In this document: in pieces, positions 6,887 to 14,040 of the stretch
Layout: every line of letters starts with the position of its first letter
Position numbering within the stretch: the stretch's first letter is position 1
IMG/VR virus record: IMGVR_UViG_3300045988_115612
Coordinates: 1-15,830 of that record
Direction: 5' to 3' (one strand)
Source of the DNA: a virus
Length of the DNA: 15,830 nucleotides
Translations under genes and position numbers: made by a program
Notes under the pieces: model-generated
The model's database searches: none
Told to the model about the DNA's origin: nothing
Seen by the model: the letters and a program-made list of their open reading frames with translations, nothing else

Positions 6887-8557
6887 TTACTTTGCATTGT
6901 TTCCGTATGTTCCAACATTGTTTTTGTCATGCCACAACGTAAAACCGTTTATAAACATATTGCGCAATGGCTGCAAAAATTCATTCGGAATATTGCCATA
7001 AACATTTACATTGTTGCACTTTATATAATTGTAGCGCGGTCTGCTATTTAAGTTCGGTACGCCGAAACGACTAACCTTGTACCCGTAAACATCAAAAAAC
7101 TGCTCGATCTTTTCCGCAAACTCAGGTTTTACTGTCCACCATCTGTAGAGGATTTCCAGCTTTTTTGAAGCAATAAACGTTGCAAGTCCTCCGCCACTTG
7201 CACCCGTAAGGCTAACGTTTGTTTGAATCTGTCCGATACGCTGCCTGTCCCTTTCGGAACTTTGAAGCTCAGACCGCACGTTTTTGTATGCGTCTATTCC
7301 GGTGGAAAGCACATTCAATGGATCTCCTGTAAATACAGCTTGCGCCACGTTTCCGACAGTGTCCCAAAAAATATTCGATCTGTTTTGTGCGTGCACGAGA
7401 GTGTTTGTAGCTTCTGTCTGCGCGGTCTGTAGTGGGTAGGTGTTATTTTGCACCGGGAAGCAAGGGAAACCGCTTATATTGTTCGCGTTCAATAAAAAAT
7501 CATCTTCCGCACCACAATAGTTTTCTGTGTATAGGTATAAATTCGGTGCGGGAATAAGTGTTCCAACTACTTTTACAGAGGGAATACCCTCCGGCAAAAA
7601 TTCCGGTTTTAATACAGTTCTCGCTCCATTCGGCAGCACAACCTCGATAAAAGAAAATTGAGACGTGTACATTTTTTTATTTTTATATGCCGGGAATTTC
7701 AATAGCCAGTTTGCAAGTACACCGTCTACAGGAATTACAGCCGGAGCAGAACTATCTGCAATTACACCTACCGAAAATCCCATTGCTGACTGTTCCACGG
7801 TTACTGCTCCACCTATATTATAAGATGTCACGGCGTAAATTGCCAATATGCTCTGCGACACCCACGGAAACGCGGAGAGTGAATTCATTACGGATGAAAT
7901 GGAACTAGTTCCCCGTCTAGGGCTTACTAAGTACGCTCTAGCACCGGACGGCAAACCAGCATACATTCCGCCTTTTGCACCTGTAACTTTAGGCTCTTCC
8001 AGTGTTCCTGGGTCGGCTAGAATGTCTATTGCGGAAACAATAACAAATTGATAATCTGTCTCTTCATCCAATTTGTCAAGATCAAACGTTTCTTCATGCG
8101 CGATAACATAATCGCCCACGTCAACAGGTTCTTGCACCGTGTTTGTTTTAAAATCATCGTTTTCAACATGCTCCCTGCTGATGTCACAGTCCCTTATAAC
8201 CATGTCAAACAAAAACGTCTGGTATACGTCTATTTCAAAATTCAATAACGACGTTTCCGGGTTGATATAAATAACCTGTGTTACAAAAGCATAATACCAT
8301 TTCCCGCTTGCCTGATTTTTAAAACATAGGTAACACGCGTTACCGATCTCTTCCGCGTTTACCGGAACTTTTACGCCACGATGCTCGCGGATATATTTAA
8401 AATCATTAAAAACACGGATTGCTTTTGAACGGAAATAATTATATTGTTCGTTCTTATCTGCGAAAGACAGCTGCCGGATCTGTGAAGCGTCAAGAGGAAC
8501 GTCTGCGCATATCATCAATTCATTCGATTGCATTGCGTATACTGTTTCTAGTGCCAC
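6887..8557 (-). CDS. Tail knob / distal tube protein (phi29 gp9-like)
   Basis: 556 aa. GKWYYAFVTQVIYINPETSLLNFEIDVYQTFLFDM parallels phi29 gp9 [35 protein letters not shown]. GTG start 7 nt after AAGGAGG. Confidence 0.85.
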   Translation of the reverse strand: MALETVYAMQSNELMICADVPLDASQIRQLSFADKNEQYNYFRSKAIRVFNDFKYIREHRGVKVPVNAEEIGNACYLCFKNQASGKWYYAFVTQVIYINPETSLLNFEIDVYQTFLFDMVIRDCDISREHVENDDFKTNTVQEPVDVGDYVIAHEETFDLDKLDEETDYQFVIVSAIDILADPGTLEEPKVTGAKGGMYAGLPSGARAYLVSPRRGTSSISSVMNSLSAFPWVSQSILAIYAVTSYNIGGAVTVEQSAMGFSVGVIADSSAPAVIPVDGVLANWLLKFPAYKNKKMYTSQFSFIEVVLPNGARTVLKPEFLPEGIPSVKVVGTLIPAPNLYLYTENYCGAEDDFLLNANNISGFPCFPVQNNTYPLQTAQTEATNTLVHAQNRSNIFWDTVGNVAQAVFTGDPLNVLSTGIDAYKNVRSELQSSERDRQRIGQIQTNVSLTGASGGGLATFIASKKLEILYRWWTVKPEFAEKIEQFFDVYGYKVSRFGVPNLNSRPRYNYIKCNNVNVYGNIPNEFLQPLRNMFINGFTLWHDKNNVGTYGNNAK

Positions 8558-8574
8558 TTTTAAACCTCCTTTTG

Positions 8575-8604
8575 AAAAAAGGGAACGTTTCCGTTCCCTT
8601 TTTA
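8575..8604 (-). terminator. Intrinsic terminator/attenuator downstream of the capsid gene
   Basis: aaaaaa-gggaacg-tttc-cgttccc-ttttt. On the minus-strand RNA this is a GC-rich stem followed by a U-run, 9 nt after the capsid stop. The tail knob SD follows directly. Confidence 0.8.
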
Positions 8605-8612
8605 TAAAATCT

Positions 8613-9899
8613 TTAGCCTGTGATCGTCACAGCCTTTGTTGTCTGTACATTCGTCTGCCCTGCTACAACTGCTTTCAGCGTCAATGTTTTGGCTGTTTCG
8701 TTGGGGCTGACTTCGATTGTTGCGCTCTTACTATCACTTGCAACTATCCTTGTGCTGGTGGCTTCCGCTCCCTCTAACGAGAAGATAACGCCGCCGTTTA
8801 CAGGTGTGGTAGCTGCTGTGTATTTACTCTGTGCGCCTTTTGCGATCGACGCTTCTCCGGTGATCGTCACAGCTGTGTACGTGCTGACAGCTTCCGTAGT
8901 AAGGGCAACCGCGTTATGAAAAGGACTGGTAAAATAAATCTGCCATACGTGTAACCAGTAATTCCAGTACAGCTTTTCTCCGTTAAAAAATTCGGATGTT
9001 TCAAGCAACTGGTCGTAGATATTCATCCATTCATCATCCGCAACAATTGCCAAAATTTCCGGATGTCCGGGAATTTCTGGAATTACGGTGATTCTACCTA
9101 AAATCTGCGCTTCGTCCATATGAAACGCATACGCAAGCGCCCGCACTGACGTGACAGCGTCCGCTTTTGGTGTAATAAATACCCGCTGGCTTTCCCTAGC
9201 AGTTGTATTTAAAACACCTGCTGCATTGTAATTTTCAGATGGAAACAGTAAATTGTTTGACACAATACGCATGGTAGTCAAAAAATCCTGTGCGGTGTCT
9301 GCGTCAACAGGGTCGACCGTGTGTACAAGCTTTACAAAACCGTTATCAAGCGCGGATGTGATCGCACCCATTGCGTAAAGCATTTCAGATACTTCATTTC
9401 CGGTGTACATGGAATCAATCACACGGTCAACGAAATTTCCAAGTCCCTGTGCGCTGTAAAATGCACTACGCAGCATTTCCCGGTTCACAGTCTTTTTGAA
9501 AAACTCTTCCCGGTTTCGGTTCATAAAAGCAACCGCGATATCGGGCTTTTCCTGCTTTAACATTGCCCACGGGTCAGTATCAGAACAAAAAGAATGTGCG
9601 GCTGCGATCTTTACCCAAACGGACTCAATCGTTTCCCCGTATTCCAGCATACCTCTTTTTGCAAAAGCGAACGGGGAAGTGAAATACATTTTGTCGATTT
9701 TCTGCAGCGCCCAGACGTTTACAAGCTGGTTCATGAATCTGTTCATGATTGGCTGGTACTGCATCATGACCTGCCCAAACTCTTTAATGTTTGTGTTTTT
9801 AACTTCGGGGAGTAAGCCCTCCCATTCTGTGCCTTTTAAGCTGTCTTTAAAGCTCTGTAATGCTAAAGGCACATTTTTCAAAACTCCTTTTACTGCCAT
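8613..9899 (-). CDS. Major capsid protein with C-terminal Ig-like (BIG2-type) domain (phi29 gp8-like architecture)
   Basis: 428 aa. Follows a small acidic scaffold gene. AAGGAGG 6 nt upstream and its own terminator. The C-terminal ~85 aa (TITGEASIAKGAQSKYTA...TLTLKAVVAGQTNVQTTKAVTITG) looks like a bacterial Ig-like group 2 domain, as in phi29 gp8. Confidence 0.8.
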   Translation of the reverse strand: MAVKGVLKNVPLALQSFKDSLKGTEWEGLLPEVKNTNIKEFGQVMMQYQPIMNRFMNQLVNVWALQKIDKMYFTSPFAFAKRGMLEYGETIESVWVKIAAAHSFCSDTDPWAMLKQEKPDIAVAFMNRNREEFFKKTVNREMLRSAFYSAQGLGNFVDRVIDSMYTGNEVSEMLYAMGAITSALDNGFVKLVHTVDPVDADTAQDFLTTMRIVSNNLLFPSENYNAAGVLNTTARESQRVFITPKADAVTSVRALAYAFHMDEAQILGRITVIPEIPGHPEILAIVADDEWMNIYDQLLETSEFFNGEKLYWNYWLHVWQIYFTSPFHNAVALTTEAVSTYTAVTITGEASIAKGAQSKYTAATTPVNGGVIFSLEGAEATSTRIVASDSKSATIEVSPNETAKTLTLKAVVAGQTNVQTTKAVTITG

Positions 9900-9911
9900 T
9901 TTTTACCTCCT

Positions 9912-10169
9912 TTACAGATCGAGAAAATCTTCTGTTTTGATTTCCTCTTTTTCCTCCACTTCTTCTTTGTCCTTTTCTTTTTCCGAACCGGACAGAAAAG
10001 CGTCTGCATACTGTTTTTTCACGTCTGCTACTTCTGTTTCCAGACGGTCATTTTCGTCTGCAATTTCCGCAATTAAATTTAAAATTGCGGATTCATCCAG
10101 CGCCCCCTCTTCTGGTGCATCAATTCGCGCGATCATGCGCGCTTTCGAAATTAAATCATCCCGTTTCAT
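9912..10169 (-). CDS. Scaffolding protein (gp7-like)
   Basis: Internal ATG at 10169 (MKRDDLISKARMIA...) preceded by GGGAGAAAGGA. 85 aa, helical, very acidic C-terminus (EKEKDKEEVEEKEEIKTEDFLDL). Immediately upstream of the capsid gene. The track's longer N-terminus runs through the promoter leader. Confidence 0.65.
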   Translation of the reverse strand: MKRDDLISKARMIARIDAPEEGALDESAILNLIAEIADENDRLETEVADVKKQYADAFLSGSEKEKDKEEVEEKEEIKTEDFLDL

Positions 10170-10293
10170 TTTTTTCCTTTCTCCCGTGTGCGGTTTTATA
10201 AGTAAGGGAAAACACGCGCATAATCCGATGCGCCACACCCGCAAGCCGTTTCACACGGGGATTTCCTGCTTGTGCTGTAAGTTCTCCCTCTAT
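10170..10293 (-). other. ~124-nt structured untranslated RNA (late-operon leader; prohead-RNA candidate)
   Basis: No credible ORF. On the minus-strand RNA, 8-bp helix CCCGUGUG (10259-10252) pairs with CACACGGG (10190-10183) and extends by CGG/CCG. It encloses hairpin GCGCAU-cggauu-AUGCGC (10233-10216). Lies directly downstream of a perfect consensus promoter. Confidence 0.4.
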
Positions 10294-10299
10294 GGTTTC

Positions 10300-10328
10300 A
10301 TTATAGCTTGCTTTTGTATCAATGTCAA
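10300..10328 (-). promoter_or_regulatory. Perfect consensus sigma-A promoter (TTGACA-17-TATAAT)
   Basis: Minus strand reads TTGACA (10328-10323), 17 nt ttgatacaaaagcaagc, TATAAT (10305-10300). The -35 box contains the ATPase TGA stop (10327-10325). Confidence 0.8.
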
Positions 10329-11374
10329 CCCCTAATTCCCAAAAAATCCATACCAATATTTTTACATTCTTGAGATTCGAAACGGAAATTTCCAACATTG
10401 AACTGCTTTCTACATATCGACACTTGCACGGAAATTGTTCCTGTTAAGCATGTATTTTCGTCATGATCTTTTGTCGAAATTGCGAAAAGTCTATGAAAAT
10501 TTCTATCTGCTTTTAAAGAAATATAATACCTTCCACTTTGTAACTCCCATAAACCATAAAAATTACCATTATGTTTTATTGTTAAAAGATACCGCGCACC
10601 AGCAAGACTTTGTTTTTCAATAAATTGTACATTATCCAGCAAAAAAATATTATCAATACTATAATCAAAATACGTAGAATCGGAAAAAGCTCGATAAAAT
10701 CCGCTTTGTTTTTTTTCCTCCGCTACATATTTATTTCTATAAACCTCCATCACCCACCCATGTCCTTTCATAAAATGGATTCCAGCTTTCCATCTTTTAT
10801 GAATCCCTAAAGCTACAAAATACGGATTCAGCAATGAAACCATGTTACTAGCTAAAAAATATGTAAGTTTTCGTGTTAATTGTTCATATCCTCTTCCAAT
10901 TGCATCATTTATTGCAAGAAATTTGTTGATCTCGTCTGCGCAATATTCCTCAGCTTCGCTTTGAAATTCATCTAAAAAAATATTGTCTGCATCATTAAAA
11001 AAAGTAGATATTCTTTTTACCTTATCAATCATACTAAGTGCAATAACGTATCCGCAAGATATTTCAAATTCTTCAGTTTTTATGAAAACCTCTGCAAACT
11101 TACCCGAACCGGATGAAATAGAATATAAATCGGCGCTAGGAAATTTATTTTTTATATCCGCCCAAAATGCCGGGATATAACTGTTTAGTTCGTCCTTTTT
11201 TCTAACTAGACAGATAAATTTTTTACTTTTATGCAAAAATTCATTGATTAAATATTCTTTTACGGCAAAAGATTTTCCTCCCCCTTTTGTGCCAGTTATG
11301 ATATAAATGTCTGGTGTATTCCCGTCAAGGTCTTTTGTTTTTAAAATATTGTCTAGTCTGTAATGCTTCTCCAT
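10325..11374 (-). CDS. DNA packaging (encapsidation) ATPase, phi29 gp16-like
   Basis: 349 aa. Walker A GTKGGGKS, Walker B IFLDEF. ASNMVSLLNPYF parallels gp16 LSNAVSVVNPYF. DNVQFIEKQS parallels DNQVFIEKRS. AAGGAGG 4 nt upstream. Confidence 0.9.
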   Translation of the reverse strand: MEKHYRLDNILKTKDLDGNTPDIYIITGTKGGGKSFAVKEYLINEFLHKSKKFICLVRKKDELNSYIPAFWADIKNKFPSADLYSISSGSGKFAEVFIKTEEFEISCGYVIALSMIDKVKRISTFFNDADNIFLDEFQSEAEEYCADEINKFLAINDAIGRGYEQLTRKLTYFLASNMVSLLNPYFVALGIHKRWKAGIHFMKGHGWVMEVYRNKYVAEEKKQSGFYRAFSDSTYFDYSIDNIFLLDNVQFIEKQSLAGARYLLTIKHNGNFYGLWELQSGRYYISLKADRNFHRLFAISTKDHDENTCLTGTISVQVSICRKQFNVGNFRFESQECKNIGMDFLGIRG

Positions 11375-11391
11375 GCTACCTCCTTTCCAAT

Positions 11392-11419
11392 AAAAAGAGG
11401 AACTGCTGTTCCTCTTTTT
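11392..11419 (-). terminator. Intrinsic terminator after the early replication genes
   Basis: aaaaagaggaac-tgct-gttcctcttttt: a 12-bp stem with flanking A and U runs, 11 nt after the SSB stop. The ATPase SD starts 5 nt after it. Confidence 0.8.
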
Positions 11420-11430
11420 ATGCCGGGGTG

Positions 11431-11766
11431 TTAAACAAGTACCAGCGTTAAAAATTCGTTTTTATTGTTGGATTTCCGGTACTCAGCTCTTAATGTAAGC
11501 GGATTGTCTGCGGTCGGCGCTCCAACAAACTGTTCAAGCGTCTGAATACAATCTGCTACGGTGGGTGACAGTGTGGTAATGCAGCGACCGTCTGCCAGTA
11601 CAAAACCAGTGCAAACGCACTCGTCCCCGGTGGCTTTTCTAGTGGTTTCCCACTGTGCCACCCCAACAACTGTCATATCTTCCCCGACGTGATCGGTCAA
11701 TCCCTCGCTGTTCTGGGAAAGGCTGTACAGCATTTTCTTATCTGTTACGGTGTTAATTAAACTCAT
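11431..11766 (-). CDS. Single-stranded DNA-binding protein (phi29 gp5-like)
   Basis: Internal ATG at 11766, 8 nt after AAGGAG; 111 aa. CVCTGFVLADGRCITTLSPTVADCIQTLEQFV...RKSNNKNEFLTLVLV parallels phi29 p5 [31 protein letters not shown]...GTSSKGNVFFSLQLSL (recalled from memory). Confidence 0.6.
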   Translation of the reverse strand: MSLINTVTDKKMLYSLSQNSEGLTDHVGEDMTVVGVAQWETTRKATGDECVCTGFVLADGRCITTLSPTVADCIQTLEQFVGAPTADNPLTLRAEYRKSNNKNEFLTLVLV

Positions 11767-11782
11767 GGTAAATTCTCCTTTT

Positions 11783-12082
11783 TTATTCTGCTTTTTCTGC
11801 TTCGTCAACTGTTACGACTTCGGAATACTTCAGAAAATCTTCAACGCTTAAACGTCTCAGCTCTTCTCTGTATTCTGTGTTCACGCAAAACAACCCTTTT
11901 GCATCCGGGTATGCCTTGTTAATCTCCCTTGTGATTGCCGTGTTAGAGCTTACTCTAACCGGAACAATAATATCAGGAAATTCAGTTACCTGTCCATCTG
12001 CAAACTGTGCTACCTTAATAACTGTAGTAGTCACAGTTCTTGTGAAAAACCGCGTTCTTGCGTCTCCGTCTCCTTTTCTCAT
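11783..12082 (-). CDS. Histone-like dsDNA-binding protein (phi29 p6-like)
   Basis: 99 aa. RTVTTTVIKVAQFADGQVTEFPD and VNTEYREELRRLSVEDFLKYSEVV with an acidic tail resemble phi29 p6 REITKTTVNVAKMVMVDGEVQVEQLP ... EVYELPVEKFLEVATV as I recall it. Adjacent to the SSB. AAAGGAG 8 nt upstream. Confidence 0.5.
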   Translation of the reverse strand: MRKGDGDARTRFFTRTVTTTVIKVAQFADGQVTEFPDIIVPVRVSSNTAITREINKAYPDAKGLFCVNTEYREELRRLSVEDFLKYSEVVTVDEAEKAE

Positions 12083-12128
12083 TTTTACTGCTCCTTTCTT
12101 TTTTGTGTTTTATTTTTATTACATTATT

Positions 12129-12157
12129 ATAGTATCACATATTGAGCGAAACGTCAA
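12129..12157 (-). promoter_or_regulatory. Candidate sigma-A promoter for the p6-like/SSB genes
   Basis: Minus strand reads TTGACG (12157-12152), 17 nt, TG-a-TACTAT (12134-12129). A perfect TATAAT lies 3 nt further on but at 20-nt spacing. The -35 contains the polymerase TGA stop. Confidence 0.5.
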
Positions 12158-14004
12158 CATCTTTTTGCACGTAAAGTATAAAAATCTTCTATTAGCACCA
12201 TACCACCACTTATATATTTTGGTTTTAATTTTCCGCCCACTTTTAAGCCGATCTTAAAATCCGTTATCGGATGCGTTGCCAAAAATAATTTTTTTGATTT
12301 TTCGGGCATCCCCGCGCATTTTATTTCCCAGTGTCCGGATACCTTTTTCCCGTCCTCTTTTTGCACAAACTCTGCATAAGTCTTTTGTCTTATAAATATA
12401 GCGCTAGACCAATCACTTTCCCGCTTCCAGCACAATAGATCTGTAGCGTGTTCTTTTATCATTTTCACTGGTTTCCCATCGTCCAGCATATGTATAGAAT
12501 CTGTATCACTGTATACAAAATTGTCATAATTCGCTTGCGCGTGCGTTATAGTAAAATATCGCGCATATGCTGTCACCGCTGCCCCTGCTGCAATGTATAA
12601 CGTGTCTTTTTCATGCTCCGGGTGCAATTCAAAACCTATGGAGTCTGTTTCCGGGTCGATGAATGGCTCACGGTAAGAACTATTGTCATTTATAGCAAGC
12701 CGACCGTATAAGTTATTCAGGAACAATTTTGCTTCCGTGCGTTCTCCCTTGTCTTTGGTGGTCATTTTAATTTTCATGTAGTGGTTTATATAAGTGTCAA
12801 ACAGACCTATTGCGCCATGAAAATAGCAGCCATCTAGAATATCTAAGTCATACACTTCATAATGCTCTAATAAAAGAAGATAGTCGGTCATAAAAAGAAT
12901 TAGCTCTGGTTTTGCTTCCTCTGTTTGTCCCTCTTTGTTTGTAAAATATCTGTAATATTTTCCGCGATAATAGATATCAGATGTTTCCAGCCATTGCGTA
13001 GAGTTATATCTATAATCTCCTTTTATTTGTACTGTTGGCAAGTAACCGTCCTTTAACTTAAACCGACAACGCAGCCGCACATAAAACGGATAAACGTTTG
13101 TCTCTAAGCATTTATAGGGGATTTTTTTTTCAAAAAATATTGGCTTGCCTGTTGGATAATAGTTACCACTTTTACTGTGCATAACACTAGGATATAAAGA
13201 ATTAACATCAAACGTCATGCCGTTCTGCTTAATGTGTTTTCTTTGTTTGTATTTGTAATAGCAATAACCACCTTTATAAGCTTTTCTTATATATTCATCC
13301 ACATTATCACTCCCTCGATCGTATTTTATCAACAATATGTCTTTTAAGTTCGGAAAAGCTGTCTTGAAGTCCATAGCATCAAATTTATTTTTGAATTCAT
13401 CCATACAGCACGAACCTATAGTTAATTTATCATGTCCGCTTTTTATCATAACTTCCAGTGCTTCCTTTAGCACATAGATATCGTTAATTATATAGGCGTA
13501 TTCCTCTGGTGTTATTTCACAGTTTGCGTGACGCAATCCTATATATTCCATTTCCAGTTTTCGATGCTGCGTATTAAATGCAGAACCAATTTGTGCAAGT
13601 GTCATAGGCATAAGTTTTACACTGTCCCTAAACTCTATCACTGTGTCAAATTTCGGTTTGACTGTGACGGTATACCATTTATTTGTATCTGATATTAAGG
13701 CTTTGAACTCTTTTGCGTTCATGTCTTTATTGCGTGCATTATTCCATGTATAACCGTTCTTTAATAGCCAATACACAATAAAAGCTCCATCAAAACGCAG
13801 ATTGTGAAAATAGCAGAGAACGTTTTTGTTCAAGTTAAAAATATCGTTCAAAAAATCTTCTATGTTACCGCGCAAGTGCGGCTGCTCTGTAAATAATTCT
13901 ATCCATGCAGCGCTCCAAACTTCTGTCGATGTCTGCCCGGCATATACAGTTGTTTCAAAATCTGCTGCTATTATAACGGGTTTTTTCGCTGTTTTTTTTG
14001 ACAT
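12154..14004 (-). CDS. Protein-primed family B DNA polymerase (phi29 gp2-like)
   Basis: 616 aa. ExoI DFETT, ExoII HNLRFDGAFIVYWL, ExoIII YIINDIYVLKEAL, motif A DVNSLYPSVM, motif B KLFLNNLYGRLA, motif C YSDTDSIH, RQKTYAE. All are near-identical to the phi29 polymerase motifs. Confidence 0.95.
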   Translation of the reverse strand: MSKKTAKKPVIIAADFETTVYAGQTSTEVWSAAWIELFTEQPHLRGNIEDFLNDIFNLNKNVLCYFHNLRFDGAFIVYWLLKNGYTWNNARNKDMNAKEFKALISDTNKWYTVTVKPKFDTVIEFRDSVKLMPMTLAQIGSAFNTQHRKLEMEYIGLRHANCEITPEEYAYIINDIYVLKEALEVMIKSGHDKLTIGSCCMDEFKNKFDAMDFKTAFPNLKDILLIKYDRGSDNVDEYIRKAYKGGYCYYKYKQRKHIKQNGMTFDVNSLYPSVMHSKSGNYYPTGKPIFFEKKIPYKCLETNVYPFYVRLRCRFKLKDGYLPTVQIKGDYRYNSTQWLETSDIYYRGKYYRYFTNKEGQTEEAKPELILFMTDYLLLLEHYEVYDLDILDGCYFHGAIGLFDTYINHYMKIKMTTKDKGERTEAKLFLNNLYGRLAINDNSSYREPFIDPETDSIGFELHPEHEKDTLYIAAGAAVTAYARYFTITHAQANYDNFVYSDTDSIHMLDDGKPVKMIKEHATDLLCWKRESDWSSAIFIRQKTYAEFVQKEDGKKVSGHWEIKCAGMPEKSKKLFLATHPITDFKIGLKVGGKLKPKYISGGMVLIEDFYTLRAKRC

Positions 14005-14018
14005 TGTGAAACCTCTCG

Positions 14019-14040
14019 AAATGTTTCACGTGAAACATTT
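14019..14040. repeat. Perfect 22-nt palindrome at the terminal-protein/polymerase junction
   Basis: aaatgtttcac|gtgaaacattt with a CACGTG core. Overlaps the terminal-protein stop codon (14039-14041). A third copy of the heptamer (gtgaaac, 14006-14012) lies between the polymerase SD and its ATG. Confidence 0.9.

Noticed and set aside
10248-10254. Fourth copy of the GTGAAAC/GTTTCAC heptamer in the late leader as a shared regulatory site with the terminal-protein/polymerase junction
   Set aside because: About two occurrences of any 7-mer are expected by chance in this genome on both strands. Only the cluster of three within 36 nt at 14006-14041 is notable.
9496-10335. Long 279-aa plus-strand ORF
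   Set aside because: Entirely antisense to the capsid N-terminus, the scaffold gene and the promoter/leader region. The product is Ser/Phe/Cys-rich, low in complexity, and has no SD. Best explained as a chance antisense frame opposite well-supported genes.
11877-12257. 126-aa plus-strand ORF across the p6-like gene and polymerase 3' end
   Set aside because: Antisense to two supported genes and to the promoter between them. Hydrophobic low-complexity product with no SD.
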